This document shows, one piece after another, positions 12,400 through 25,418 of a DNA stretch of 64,000 nt; position 1 is the stretch's first letter, and each line of letters starts with the position of its first letter. The position numbers and the translations under genes were made by a program. The notes beneath the pieces are model-generated. The model did not search any database. It had not been told where the DNA came from and worked only from the letters and a program-made list of their open reading frames with translations. The stretch is from Octopus vulgaris (taxonomy: Eukaryota): contig OX597817.1 of assembly GCA_951406725.2 (NCBI GenBank), forward strand, positions 15,872,001-15,936,000, read 5' to 3'.

Positions 12400-12628
12400 G
12401 GCAGTGAGCTGGCAGAATCGTTAGCACGCCAGGCGAAATGTGTAGCCGTATTTCGTCTGCCATTACGTTCTGAGTTCAAATTCCGCCAAGGTCGACTTTG
12501 CCTTTCATCCTCTCGGGGTCGATAAATAAAGTACCAGTTTCGCACTGGGTCGATGTAATCGACTTAATCCCTTTGTCTGCCCTTGTTTGTCCCCTCTATG
12601 TTTAGCCCCTTGAGGGCAGTAAAGAAAT
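12400..12628 (+). mobile_element. SINE B with TSD tatacctt
   Basis: Family match and flanking duplication. Confidence 0.88.
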
Positions 12629-12672
12629 ATATACCTTTAATCTCTACTGACACAAAGCCACCAGCCCAACAC

Positions 12673-12806
12673 CTCAATACTACCCCTCACCCCCAGTTGA
12701 TAGGGCTTCATCTTGCAAGTTACTTAGGAACCCTGTCACTCAATACTACCCCTCACCCCCAGTTGACAGGGCTTCATCTTGCAAGTTACTTAGGAACCCT
12801 GTCACT
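12673..12806. repeat. 66-bp tandem duplication
   Basis: ctcaatactacccctcacccccagttga...aaccctgtcact present twice. Confidence 0.9.
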
Positions 12807-14092
12807 GATGATGCCACATAGAAAGCAATGATGCTGGAGCCATGTAAAAAGCATCCAGTACACTCTGTAAAGTGGATGGCATTAGGAAGGGCATCAAGTT
12901 GTAGAAACCATGCTGAAACAGAGAATGGGGGCTGGTGTGGCTCCCAGCCTAGCTAGCTTCTGTCAAACTATCCAACCCATGCCAGCATGGAAAAGGAATG
13001 CTAGGGACTCGAGTGGAGATAATTTGCAAGCTTCAAGCAGTGCATGGAAAATATAGAAAACAAGAGTGGACAGTGTACAGTCCGGATCAATAACAATTTA
13101 TAGGTGTCAAATGTTACACACTTTTCCCAATATCAAAAATACTAAGATATTCGATAAACTGAAAGTTTCGGTGTAGCTCACAATTAGCTACTAGAGTTAC
13201 TGTGAATATGGCTAAAAATCGAAATTGAGGGGGTGGAATGGATAAAATCCAAGCAACATATGTATCTTAATTAGCTGGTCCTCTGATGTAATAATTGTTC
13301 AATGAAGAAATACTCAACTTAACCAATCACCAGGTTGAGGATACCTTATTTATATGAAGGTAACATAGAATTAAAATTTCCAAGTTAATTCGCTGCAGAT
13401 GTGACTTGAAATGAAGAGTGAAACTGAAAGAACAGAATAAAAGAAAACAAATGTTTGAAGAAGTAAGAAAGAGAAGGATGAGGTCAAATATGTGGGAGTG
13501 GGGATTGTACAAAATGGGGAAGAAAGGGGGAGAGACGAGAACAAATTAATTACTGTTGTTCTGTTGTTAAGGAGAAAGAATGGTTGTTACTGAATATTTA
13601 GCTGGAATGAGTAAAAATAGAGACTAGCTGACCCCAAGGTATTGATTTTGTAGTGGATAGTTGGTGCTGGTACTGTTAACCATTGGTCTATGTCACAGTG
13701 TACATACACAGCCATGCACTCACGTACATACACATACATACACTTCACACCTGTAGTAACAACATAAATTCTGGTGTGGTGGATGCGTCTTCTTGAGTAC
13801 AGCAAGGTGCCAGATATCTCATGCACATGCACACACACACACAAACATGTTTATGTGCCATGACCAAACATGGGTCTACAGCTTGTAGACACTCCTTTGT
13901 ATGTAAGTATATACACACAGTTCCTGTCTACCAAATTCATTCACAAAACATTGATTAATTTGAGACTATAGTACAAGACACTTGCTCAAGGTGTCACACA
14001 GTGGGACTGAACCCAAAACATGTGGTTACAAAGCAAGCTTCTCCCCACACACAGCTATTCCTGCACCTATTTAAATCCATAAAAATGTATAA

Positions 14093-14635
14093 TAACCAGG
14101 CAGTGGCTCTCATGGCTTCTGATCTTAACTGACTGGAAGTGTTATCATGTACATTGTTTTGTCTTGGTATAAAAGATGGGCTACAGCAAATATTCTGCTC
14201 AGTACCACAGATTTGCTTGTCAGTTGTTTGACGTTAACCAGTTGAGTATGTCCCTTAGTGGATCACGATATGTGCATCTCTGATCACGAGCAGAAGTAGT
14301 AGGGGAGCATCATAGCCATGTGTTGAGAGGGATTCTTTGGGGTTTGAATAATTCACCTCTGGAAACATGGGTGGTTCTTTCAACATCCTTAAACAACCCT
14401 TATTCAGGGACCTTTTGAGCGGGATGAGCTAATCAACCTGAAGAAAATTCTAACTGGGCCCCACCTGCAAGGTCATGTGCTGTTTATCTTGATATGAGAT
14501 CACCATGTCGCGCACATATGGTTGTGATGCATGTGCCTAGTGTACCCTTATCAGACGGGTAGTCATGATGGGTATATTGGGCTTCGTATATTTTACCCCA
14601 GTGTCACTTTGATAGCATGAACTGCTCTCTCACTC

Positions 14636-14672
<37 letters not shown>

Positions 14673-14802
14673 TGGTTGTGATGCATGTGCCTAGTGTACC
14701 CTTATCAGACGGGTTGTCATGATGGGTATACTGGGCTTCGTATATTTTACCCCAGTGTCACTTTGATGGCATGAACTGCTCTCTCACTCAATAATAATAA
14801 TA
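14093..14802 (+). mobile_element. Non-coding retroposon family D with (TAA)n tail; 3' ~130 bp tandemly duplicated
   Basis: Near-identical to the minus copy at 58830-59385 and the partial copy at ~27620-27730. Confidence 0.8.
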
Positions 14803-14992
14803 AAAAGTAAGAAAGGAAAATTATTTCAGTGATACATAAGCTTGAATTGCCCAATATTTTTACATTGGTTTGACCAACATCACTGTCTTTCCTCCAACTA
14901 TTTCACAATAACCTATAGGAGGATTTTTATGAAATTAAGCAATATGACTAATGATGCAAAAATAACATTCTGCAAATTAGGAGGCTGCTGAG

Positions 14993-15330
14993 ACCCCCCC
15001 TTTGGTCATGGCTGGCCATGGAATTGCATCTAGAAAGTTACCCTCCCAGGCACAAGTCCGGGCGAGGTTGTTTATGGAAGACCAGCAGTCACCCATGCAT
15101 ACTGGCCTCCCCTCTCCATGCCACCAGTGTTATCCAAGGGAAAGGCAAAGGGGCCGATACAGCTTGGCACCTGTGACGTCGCAACTCATTTCTACAGCTG
15201 AGTGAACTGGAGCAACGTGAAATAAAGTGTCTTGCTCAATAACACAACACACAGCCCAGTCCAAGATTCGAACACACAACCTCACGATCGTAAGCTCGAT
15301 GATCTAACCACTGAGTCATGTGCCTTCACT
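14993..15330 (-). mobile_element. tRNA-headed SINE (family F) with CORE-like segment
   Basis: TGACTCAGTGGTTAG...GTTCGAATC then TTGAGCAAGACACTTT...CACTCAGCTGTAGAAATG. Confidence 0.7.
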
Positions 15331-15591
15331 GAATTAGGAGGCAACTCATGTATAAAAAGAGTATATTTATTCAAAAATAGCTTTTCGAAATTTTTATGTA
15401 AAGTTGGTTATTACAAGTGATAATATACTTAATATTTTATTATACATTATTATTATTATTATTATACATTTTTATGGATTTAAATAGGTGCAGGAATAGC
15501 TGTGTGTGGGGAGAAGCTTGCTTTGTAACCACATGTTTTGGGTTCAGTCCCACTGTACAACACCTTGAGCAAATGTCTTGTACTATAGTCT

Positions 15592-15722
15592 CAAAGTCTC
15601 CCTTGACCTCAAGTGGCCTGAACTCTTTACATGAACACCACCCTGTACATAACTCCATGTCCCCCTACATGGCCTTGTTTTTTGCTTTTTGAGCCAAAAA
15701 TTAACTAACTAACTAACTAACA
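15592..15722 (+). mobile_element. CR1-type LINE 3' tail fragment, (TAAC)n
   Basis: Matches 34205-34332. Confidence 0.8.
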
Positions 15723-16524
15723 TACATTCACATTGTCAGTTCCTTGTACCAAAATATGTGTAAGATGTAGAAAGTAATGTGTTATTGCTATTGACATGTG
15801 ACTGACTGCAAAGCTTGTCTATAGAAAAGGTTTGAGCATGCAACCAGTTTAAAGACAGTGTAATTTGTTATAGCTATTGTTGTGTCTGTACATTCTATCA
15901 TCCAATGAGCAATTGCACATGCAACCGGTTGAAAGAGGTGTAACTTGTTGATGCTGCTGTGTTTATAGCTGTACAGTGGGTTACATCCTTCAGAGGTTTT
16001 GTGTCAATTATGTGTGCCTAATAAACGACAGTGGTCATGGCAAAGCTAGGCAGCAATTAAGGATGCACTCAAAGATGCATCACATACTCCTGAAATTGTC
16101 AACTGTGACAAGAAATTAGAAGAAAAGAGAAAGGTCAATCTATTCTTTCCTTCTATTGTACTATCATAAATAGCTTAGGTACAGGATAATAATTTAGTCC
16201 ATATCAGGACAATTATCCTCTAGGAAAATTAACCCCCCCCCCCCGGACAATTACCCCACTTGGTTAATTACCTCCTCTCCAATATATTAAGACACTTTAA
16301 ATCATCATCTGTTGTCCTCAGAAGTAATTTCCATGGGGGGGTAAATATCCTAAACTCATTTACTCAATTGTTAAGTCATTGTTAAGACAATTAATTTATG
16401 TGAAATAGTCTGAAGTTCCATTACAGCAAAATCAAGAAATCTACTGCTTCAATAAATACCAGAGCACTAACAACAAACAAATTTTGAAGGAATGTGCAGA
16501 TTTAAGATTTGTATCACAATGAAT

Positions 16525-16584
<60 letters not shown>

Positions 16585-16718
16585 GTTTAATGTCCGTTTT
16601 CCACGCTAGCACGGGTTGCCCCAGTAAAATATAAACTTTATTTTATTTATTTATTTATTTGTTTATTTTGCATTATTTTGGTCCTTCCTAATTTTATATA
16701 TTATTATTTATTTAACAG

Positions 16719-17612
16719 GATCTTAAAATTGAATATCTTATTGAAAACTCTACAAAAATATCATCAATTGAGGAAAACATTCACGCTTTTAAAAGTGACC
16801 TTCCAAAGATGAATATGAATCTTTCGAATGAAATCACAGTCTTGACCGCTTATTTCAATATAGGATCCTTTGCAAAAGGAGTTTTTAGACGTCAGTATAC
16901 CCCAAATATCTATTACAAATGGATGTCTGTATTTCGCAACATGACCAATAATGTAATTTTTTATACAAATGATATGATTGCATACAAATATTTTCAAAAG
17001 TTAAGGGAAAATCTTCCTAAAGAACGAACCAAAATATTTCTGATAAACAAGAAGGAATTGTGGTCATTTAAGATACACGATATTATTTCTCAAATATATA
17101 CACAGCCTGATTACCCAAAACATCTTCCCAACACTGTTGTACCTGGATATTCTTGTGCCATGCATGCAAAATTTGAACTTCTTAATCGGGTTATAAGAAA
17201 GAACTATTTTCATACTAAATATTTTATGTGGTTAGATATTGGACTTTTTCGATATCTCCATGATGACCCAAAATTTAAATTAGCAAAACCTACAGATTTT
17301 GATGATACAAAGGTTGCCTATTCCCAGGTAGAATATTTTCAGGAGGATATAACGTATAAAGACATTATTTATGACAATATGGTGTGGATAGGAGGTGCTA
17401 GCAATCTTGGTAAATATGATGTTTTGTACAAATTTACTCAAGAGTATTTGAACTTCGTTAACAAGTCTTTGTTCATAAAACTAATAAGTACAGATCAACA
17501 GATCATATATGGAATGTATGTGGACAAACATAAACCAGAAACAAAGCTTCAACTTTATAAATCAGGTTGGTTTGAATTGGGTTATGTATGTTATGCAGCT
17601 GGAAAGAACTGA
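16719..17612 (+). CDS. Terminal exon, HtrL/YibB-family putative glycosyltransferase-like protein (copy 1)
   Basis: Acceptor tatttaacag|GAT is 30 codons upstream of and in frame with the 16809 ORF. Motifs TVLTAYFNIG, YSCAMHAKFELL, YFMWLDIG, WIGG, STDQQ, WFELG. Stop TGA, with AATAAA at ~17643. Family assigned by motif recognition. Confidence 0.85.
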   Translation, partial: DLKIEYLIENSTKISSIEENIHAFKSDLPKMNMNLSNEITVLTAYFNIGSFAKGVFRRQYTPNIYYKWMSVFRNMTNNVIFYTNDMIAYKYFQKLRENLPKERTKIFLINKKELWSFKIHDIISQIYTQPDYPKHLPNTVVPGYSCAMHAKFELLNRVIRKNYFHTKYFMWLDIGLFRYLHDDPKFKLAKPTDFDDTKVAYSQVEYFQEDITYKDIIYDNMVWIGGASNLGKYDVLYKFTQEYLNFVNKSLFIKLISTDQQIIYGMYVDKHKPETKLQLYKSGWFELGYVCYAAGKN

Positions 17613-17652
17613 TTTGATTAATATGTACATATATGTATATAAAATAAAAGGA

Positions 17653-17684
<32 letters not shown>

Positions 17685-17794
17685 ACACACGTTCACACAC
17701 ATATGGGTGGTGTGTATGTATGTTAACATTTATTTTCTTAAATCAAAATACTACATATACTCAACTATAAATGCCATATATACTCAGCTATAAA

Positions 17795-18446
17795 TACCAT
17801 ATATACTCATCTATAAGATGCACCTCCAACTTGTCAGGTTCAAATCAGGAATTTTATCATTGACCTGACTATAAGTCGCAGCAGCATTTTTGATGTTGGA
17901 GAGCAAAGTTCTATTAGGAATCACACAGACATAGTTGTTGTTCGGTAACTGAGCTTTCAATAAGCTGAAGATGATTTACAACCACTGTTATCCCATTAGG
18001 TCCAAGCATTTTAGGAACTATTGTTTATAATGTAAAATTTTATCCTTGATTATGCCAGCTGACTTGTTTATCATACTGAGACTTAATTGCTTCAATACTT
18101 ACCCTTTATTTTCTGATTTGTGCCTTGTATCGAATTAAAGAAAGACAGGTATGGTACAAAAAACAGAAAAAAGCATTAAACTCACTTTTTAAAAATTAAT
18201 TGTTTATTTCATACTAACAGAAGTAAAGAAATATATAAAGAAATATCTAAAGATTATCTTGTGTATTTCTTGGCTTCAGAATTAGTGGTTCGGGTTTTTT
18301 CGGTTATTCCAAGTGTTGGAACTTCTAACATGGCTTGTACCAAGAAAATATCTGAAGATTTTTTTATAGGATGCACTTATAAGTCACACTTCAGGCGAAA
18401 ATTTCAGGGAAAAAAAGTGTGACTTATAGCCGAGTATATATGGTAC
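17795..18446. mobile_element. Tigger/pogo-like MITE
   Basis: TIRs taccatatatactc.ctataag ... cttatagccgagtatatatggta; the left TIR start is reiterated upstream. Confidence 0.7.
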
Positions 18447-19599
18447 TACAAATTGCCTTTTTGCCTTTTAGAAAATAAGTTACTCAGAGAAATTACTGAA
18501 ATGCTATCTATATAAAAGCAATAATTAAGCTAATGTGAATATATTTAATACTTTGAGCATTAAAACGCTAATTACACATAAGTACACAGTGATGAAAGGA
18601 CAATATTAATCTATTATTAATATTATCATAATGTTTTCTGACAGCTAAGAGGGTCTCCTGACATGTTTTGGTCTTAGACTAAACTGCAGATATGGGATCA
18701 GCTGCATACAACCCAAAAGTGCTGGTCTTACTGTTGGCAACATGAAAATCTAATGACTTAACGTTATTGAACAAGTAGACTTTTCTACAGCAACATTAAA
18801 CCGTCCAACTACAGGTTACTAAATCATGACAAATGAACACAAATCTCCTCAGAAAGTTCCAATCACAAAAAAAAGTGCCTCAAAACCATTCTAAAAACTA
18901 GATATTAAAAACCTGTGAGTGTCAAACACCAAGGAATCCATCACCAAGAAATTGCAAAATAATTTAAGAAAACCAAGGCAAATATTTTATTGAAATTCAG
19001 AGGGGAAAAGGCTGTTAGGATGATTGATCACCTGGCCAATATTTATAATACCTTGATTATCTAACTTATAAATCAATCAGTTTTACAAGCAATTTAATAC
19101 TTCATTTGTTTACACAGTTATTTTTCTATACTTTCATAATTTATTTGATTTGATCCCTGGTTTTTTTTGTCCGTGCCAATGGATTCTGATCATTTCAGTA
19201 TGTTAAATGTCTCCAAAAGTTATTATTTTTATTATTATTTTTCTACATTGTTATTATTGTTTTTTCTCATCTGTTTATTAAAGCTTTTATTGATATTGCT
19301 AATCTGAATCTTTTAATGAATGTAAACTCCAAGTGCTTCTTTTTTAACTTTATTTTTCATCCTTATTTAATCTTTGAACTATCCCCATTTTGAGCCAATA
19401 AAAATTTGCTTATATTTTTATTCATATTCTTTTTTTTTGTTGTTGTTGTGGGTATTAGTGTTGTTGCTGCTTTTGTTGTTGATAGGACAAGAAAATACCA
19501 TGCCATTTATGCTCTAAGTTTATATCCACCATGGAACTTTATATTTGTAGTTTTCTGGGATTGACTGTCAACATTTCTTTATTTATGCCATTTTACAAA

Positions 19600-20146
19600 T
19601 TTAGTCAGGCCATAACCCGTGGCCCCTACCTGGGACGTAGTCAGTCCACCTGTGCATACCTTCCTTCTTGTGACACTTGTGAAGACCTGTTGAGGCAAGT
19701 GAAAATCAAAACAAATCAAAATAGATGAACATCAATGGAATTTGTATCTTTGTGGTACCAGTGCCGGTGGCACACAAGAAAACCATCCGAACGTGGCCGT
19801 AGCCAGCACCGCATCGACTGGCCTCCGTGCTGTGGGCACGTAACAAACACCATCCGATCGTGGCCGTTCGCCAGCCTCATCTGGCACCTGTGTCGGTGGC
19901 ACATAAAAACACCATCCGAGCGTGGCCGTTCGCCAGCCTCGTCTGGCACCTGTGTCGGTGGCACATAAAATCACCCACTACACTCTCGGAGTGGTTGGCG
20001 TTAGGAAGGGCATCCAGCTGTAGAAACTCTGCCAGATCTGACTGGCCTGGTGCAGCCTTCGGGCTCCCCAGATCCCAGTTGAACCGTCCAACCCATGCTA
20101 GCATGGAAAGCGGACGTTAAATGATGATGATGATGATGATGATGAT
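19600..20146 (+). mobile_element. RTE 3'UTR-derived element (family C) with tandem ~60-bp hairpin units and (GAT)n tail
   Basis: GGAGTGGTTGGCGTTAGGAAGGGCATCCAGC...GGACGTTAAA(TGA)n shared with the RTE 3' end. Confidence 0.85.
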
Positions 20147-21270
20147 TCTTGTTTCCTCTTGTATTTTTTCATCTAGTTTTAATCTATGTTCATCCAGCAA
20201 AAATGCTTTTAGCTGCAATTATATAATTAAACACAGTTCTTCTAAAATACAGTTACTACGATTGAATCAAAGTTCACATAATTCTGAAAATATCTGCTGC
20301 TTTCATCACAAATAATATAACTTAACTTTGCAATGATTACTCATAAGGCTAATTATTAATTGCCCATCATTTTAAAATACGTTCCTGCATGTACAGCAAG
20401 AAGGCTTTCAATATATTAGTACCTGACTAATTATACACTGTATTGTTTTTCTAATCATCCACTTTTTCAATGCCATCTTTTATCTTTCATACCATTTTTA
20501 TTATTACTTCAAAGGCATTTATGGATTATGCTATTAATTTTGATGTCATCTGTATTAGTCACAAACAGAGATCCTCCAGTGCCCATAAATATTATGTTGA
20601 AATAAATTACAAGCTTTTGTGATTGTGTTGGGGTTTTTTTCTTCGTTTAAAATTATATTATTATTTGAGTATCATTTATATTTAAACTGGTGGGACCTGT
20701 GAATATTTTATGGAATTAATGATAAACTTATTGGATTATTTCTGAAAACTTTATTAAAAAAATTTGAAAGTAAAGTCTATGTTGTGTCTGTATCAAAAGA
20801 TAATTGCTAATCTGCTACTCATTGAAAAGTGAAGGAAATTGAAACATGATGATAACTTAATGTACTTTATATATACACTTTATATACTTTATACACAATT
20901 TAATAGATTTAATACACAGCACTCTCACTCTTTCTCTCTCAGTCTTCGCCTTACCCTCTTTTTCTCTAGCTCTTCAGCTTTCCTTTCAACTAATTACATG
21001 AAAGTGTTAAAGATTGGCTAAATAATGGAGGAAAAAAACTTGGTTAAAAAAAAGATTACACACTTCACCCACCACCGACTCCCCCTACTCCACATCTACC
21101 TCTCCTTTATCCCCTCCTCTCCCTCTGTCCCTCTTCTCCCTCTCTCTCCCCCTTCCCTCCCGACCCTTTCAACTAATCACGTGAAAGCATTATGGACAGG
21201 CTAAGTAACTGAATAATAAGCAGAATTATTATAAGATACAAAGCATTATTAACTTTATTATAGAACATAA

Positions 21271-21653
21271 CTAGCAGTATCGCCCGGCGTTGCTCAGGTT
21301 TGTAAGGGAAATAACTATAAAGCATTTTTAGAGAGTTATAGCCAAAAAATAGCAAAAAAATGGAAAAAAATTATGGTAAATTTTTTTTGAGAGTTAAAAA
21401 AGGTGGAGTTGTGTCCCCTAGACGGTCTGTGGTTTGGGTTTCTGATTCTCGACCCCATGTCGAATTTATCGATTTTTTTCAGAACTGGGGGAACTTTTCA
21501 AAATTTTCGCTGCGTTAGTTTTGAATTATGACATTGGGCTATGTGTGTGTCAAGTTTCATCAGAATCGGTTGAAAGCCGTGGTCAGAGTGAGGGTACGAG
21601 AAAACAGACACACAGAAAACGCACAGACAAACTGCCGTTTATATAGAGAGAGA
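21271..21653 (-). mobile_element. Non-autonomous Helitron
   Basis: 5' TC, 3' GC hairpin followed by CTAG, A|T insertion; 3' part matches 33187-33493. Confidence 0.75.
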
Positions 21654-21937
21654 TTTTATGATAAAATTTCCATGATGTGCAATTACTGTTTTATATTATA
21701 GTTAAAATATATTATGGAGATTAAAAATTGAATGTCACTTTTTTACATGCTGAGCCTAGAAAAAGGGCAAATGCCTCTGATCTTTGCAAGCTTTCTGAGA
21801 TCATGATGACTGATGCCTTAAATTTTCAGTTAACACCAGCAGAAAAGACATGAGCAAGAAGATTCAAGATGATTTGTTCTGAGGAGAACGGAATTGAATG
21901 AAAATAGTGGAGAGATGAGTAAGTCAGGAGTGCTTGA

Positions 21938-22074
21938 GTGGTGGCGGTGATGGTGGCGGCGGCGGCGGCGGCAGTGGCGGCAGTGGTGGTGGTGGCGGCG
22001 GCGGCAGTGGCAGCAGTGGTGGTGGTGGTGGTGGCGGTGGTGGTGGTGGCAGTGGTGGTGGTGGTGGTGGTGGT

Positions 22075-22121
<47 letters not shown>
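21938..22121. repeat. (GGT/GGC)n plus (GT)n microsatellite
   Basis: Direct inspection. Confidence 0.95.
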
Positions 22122-22124
<3 letters not shown>

Positions 22125-22335
22125 TGCAGACATACATATATATATTTCAGAAAAAAATTTAAGAATTAATGTAAAGTATTTTCCAAATCAATAGTATTCT
22201 TTTACTTGTTTTAGTCATTATTCTATCGGTGTCTTTTGCCAATCTGCTAAGTTATGGAAACGTAAACACACCAGTAACGGTTGTCAAGCAATGGTGGCAG
22301 GACAAACCCAGACACACAAACAAATACATATATAT

Positions 22336-22849
22336 ATTACATGGAAAAATGCGAGCATGAAAAGTCATATTCTTAAGATTATAAACTGGAAAAGTACAGG
22401 ATAAGTTATTACACCTGTAAAAGTATAGGACAAGCTATTACTTCTAGTAAAGTAAAGAATAAGAAACTTTTTACTTAAAATATTGCAGCAAAGAATGCCA
22501 GTTCTTCTAATTTATCACTCTTTACAGTTCTCATCTTTTAAATTTATTGTACAAAACTGTTCAGCTAATTTGTTAGTTGTCTAATTAGTCCATTTTTTCT
22601 GTATTTAAGGTAGTAAATTTGCCAGATTCTACTTAAATAAGTATAGTGTTATTTGTAAACTATAATAAAATGAGTTTTAATATTCAAATATTAATTTTAG
22701 CTGCAATATTTTAAAAGTTTCTTATTCTTTACTTTACTAGAAGTAATAGCTTGTCCTATACTTTTACAGGTGTCATAACTGGTCTTGTACTTTTCCAGGT
22801 CTATAATCTTAAGAATATGACATTTCATGCTTGTATTTTTCCAAGTAAT
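22336..22849. mobile_element. MITE-like element with ~150-bp terminal inverted repeats
   Basis: attacatggaaaaa...aatattgcagc (22336-22489) is the reverse complement of gctgcaatatt...tttttccaagtaat (22700-22849). Confidence 0.8.
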
Positions 22850-24941
22850 CCATGATTTTTCCAGGCATTGCTGTTATAAGATAATTAATAATTATAAGAT
22901 AATTAATAATTCAAGATTTTACCTTATAAAATACTGAAAGATAATATTTCAGTTTTTCCATGTAAGTGATGATAATATTACAATTTTTTTCATGTTTAAT
23001 TTAAGTATATGTTGTGATTGATTTATTTGATATTACCCATCCACACCAAATTAATGGTAGAGATTTTTACCATGTTGTTGGTTGCACCATGGCTCATCAA
23101 AAGTTACAAACAACAAGACCACAAAACCATCAGTTACCAGGCTCGCCTTAAGTAACCTAATTTTGCAATATTAGGAGGTCACAGGAATTCATTCAACAAA
23201 AAAAAATTTCGTCACACTCAAAGGACCACTGATGCGGTCACAGGAGTGTGACGAAAGAACTCTGGCTGAAATAAGATTAAGATTAATGTAAAAAATAAAT
23301 AACACTGAAGCAAAGTAACACCAAATATATAGTGCATGTTTTTTTTAGTGGCTAAACTTGCAAAATGACCATTCCGAAATATAACAATATCTGTTTCAAC
23401 ACACAACTTCACATAAAAAATCTTACACAACAAATATATAAAAATTTTTTTGTCTTCATGAAAATCGTGCGGGTGTTAATATAGAAATTGACCATAATGT
23501 TGTTGTTATTTAGCCTCAAATGAACCCTGATACTGCAAACGTATCATCAAAGATAGTCCAGCCTTCAGCAAACCGTCTTTTTAAGGATAATCTAGGACAT
23601 TACATACAATGGGCGTGTGATTTAGGTTGGGAGATACTTTGGCTGTTATTTTTAGCATGTGAAGCACCCAGGTAGAGGCTCTTTCATTGGTTTGATTGCG
23701 TGATGAGATTTTTTTACACATATATGTAATATGTATATATATCATCGGCAGAAGTTAGAGAGTAAGTCAAAAGCTGAGTTTCATGTATTGGCACTTATCA
23801 AACATGAATTTGTCCATTGTCACTCTATAACTTCTAACGAAATAACTTCTAAATTACAAAATTTTGTCAAAAACCTTAAGAGTTAACCTGTTCTATGTGA
23901 CACATTCTACCAGTATCAAAAGTTTGAAAGAGTTTAGTTAAAAAAAATTAATTAAATAATCTGTATGTCTAATTAAATAGATATGAAATGGATGAAAGGT
24001 AAAGTCAACCTCAGCAGAATTTGAACTCTGAATGTAAAGACAGACAAAGTACCGCTTCTAAAATAAAAAATTTTGTCAAAAACATTACGAATAAACCCTG
24101 TTCTATGTGATATATTCTATCATTATTGGAAGTTTTAAAGTGTTTAGTTAAAAAAAAAATTAATTAAACAATCTGTATGTCAAAGTCGACCTCGGTGAAA
24201 TTTTAACTCAAAAACATAGACAGACGAAATACTGTTAAGCGTACTAATGTTTCTGCCAGTCCGTAGCCTTAGAAAGTAAGCATTCATTTTAGAAATATAT
24301 TCTTTATTCTTATTGCTGAAGCATTACTCCCTTACTTCTTTACTTACTGACATGAAATTTCGTAACATTTTACCTCATAACTCTTTTTCCACTAATTTTT
24401 GTTCAATGCGACAAGCAGTTCTGAATTCCTCATGCATTTTTCTATCATTTAAGCCTAAGAAAAGTATACTTTTAATTTAAAATTTTAAAATTTATGTTAA
24501 TCGAAGATGAATATCTGCCTTACTGCTCCCCTTGAGGTCGCAGGTATTTTTATATAACTTTTTTTCTACTGAACCAAATCTCAAACTATTTATGCCAAAC
24601 CGTAGCTGAGGAGGTGTCCTCTTTAAAACTATTAACAGTTTGCAATTTAGCTGAGAACTGAATTAGTGGTGAAGCTTGGAAGCTGTTGCAATTGACGAAA
24701 TGGTGGACTTAAGAATATATTCAACCACTACCGTGGTTGAATGATATATACATGTAACGGGCTTCTTTCAGTTTCCGTCTATCAATTCCACTAACAAGGC
24801 TTTGGTTGCCTTGAGGCTATAGTAGAAGACATTTGCCCAAGGTGTCACACAGAGGGACTGAATCCAGAACCATGTGGCTGAAAGCAAGCTTCTTATCACA
24901 CAACCACACCTGCACCTAGCTTCTTTCCACACAGCCACACC

Positions 24942-25269
24942 TGTATAAATTATTTTAAGCATCCGTTCTTATTTATTGATAGTGCTTGATTGTATATTGA
25001 ATTGTGGCTTATATTTGTTCATAAATTGCCTTTCTTTATTTAGTCTTTGTTGTTGGTTGAAAAAGTCTGAGCACTTGTAGAGGGGGAAAGATTTTGAAAT
25101 GGTTAAGTCCCCAAAATCTTTCCCCTCTGCAAGTGTTCAGATTTTTTCAACCAACAACAAAGACTAAATAAAGAAAAGCAATTAATGAACAAATATAAGC
25201 CACAATTCAATATACAATCAAGCACTATCAATCAATAAATAAAGAGGAGCACTTAAAACAATTTATACA
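24942..25269. mobile_element. ~150-bp-arm palindrome, probably an inverted Penelope-like fragment
   Basis: Arms 24942-25097 / 25112-25269; the right arm reads KIFPLCK..QQRLNKEKQLMNKYKPQFN, resembling PLE GIY-YIG C-termini. Confidence 0.65.
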
Positions 25270-25347
25270 TATTATTGCTTTGGAAAATACTTTCCATCAA
25301 TTCTTAAATTTTTTCCCAAAATATATATATTTACGTCTGCACACACA

Positions 25348-25418
<71 letters not shown>

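Noticed and set aside
16719-17612. Bacterial contamination explaining the HtrL-like ORF
   Set aside because: Both paralogues have a conserved splice acceptor, host-like AT content and flanking host repeats.
21826-22194. Poly-Gly/Pro/Thr/Ala ORFs
   Set aside because: Trinucleotide microsatellite with no exon support.
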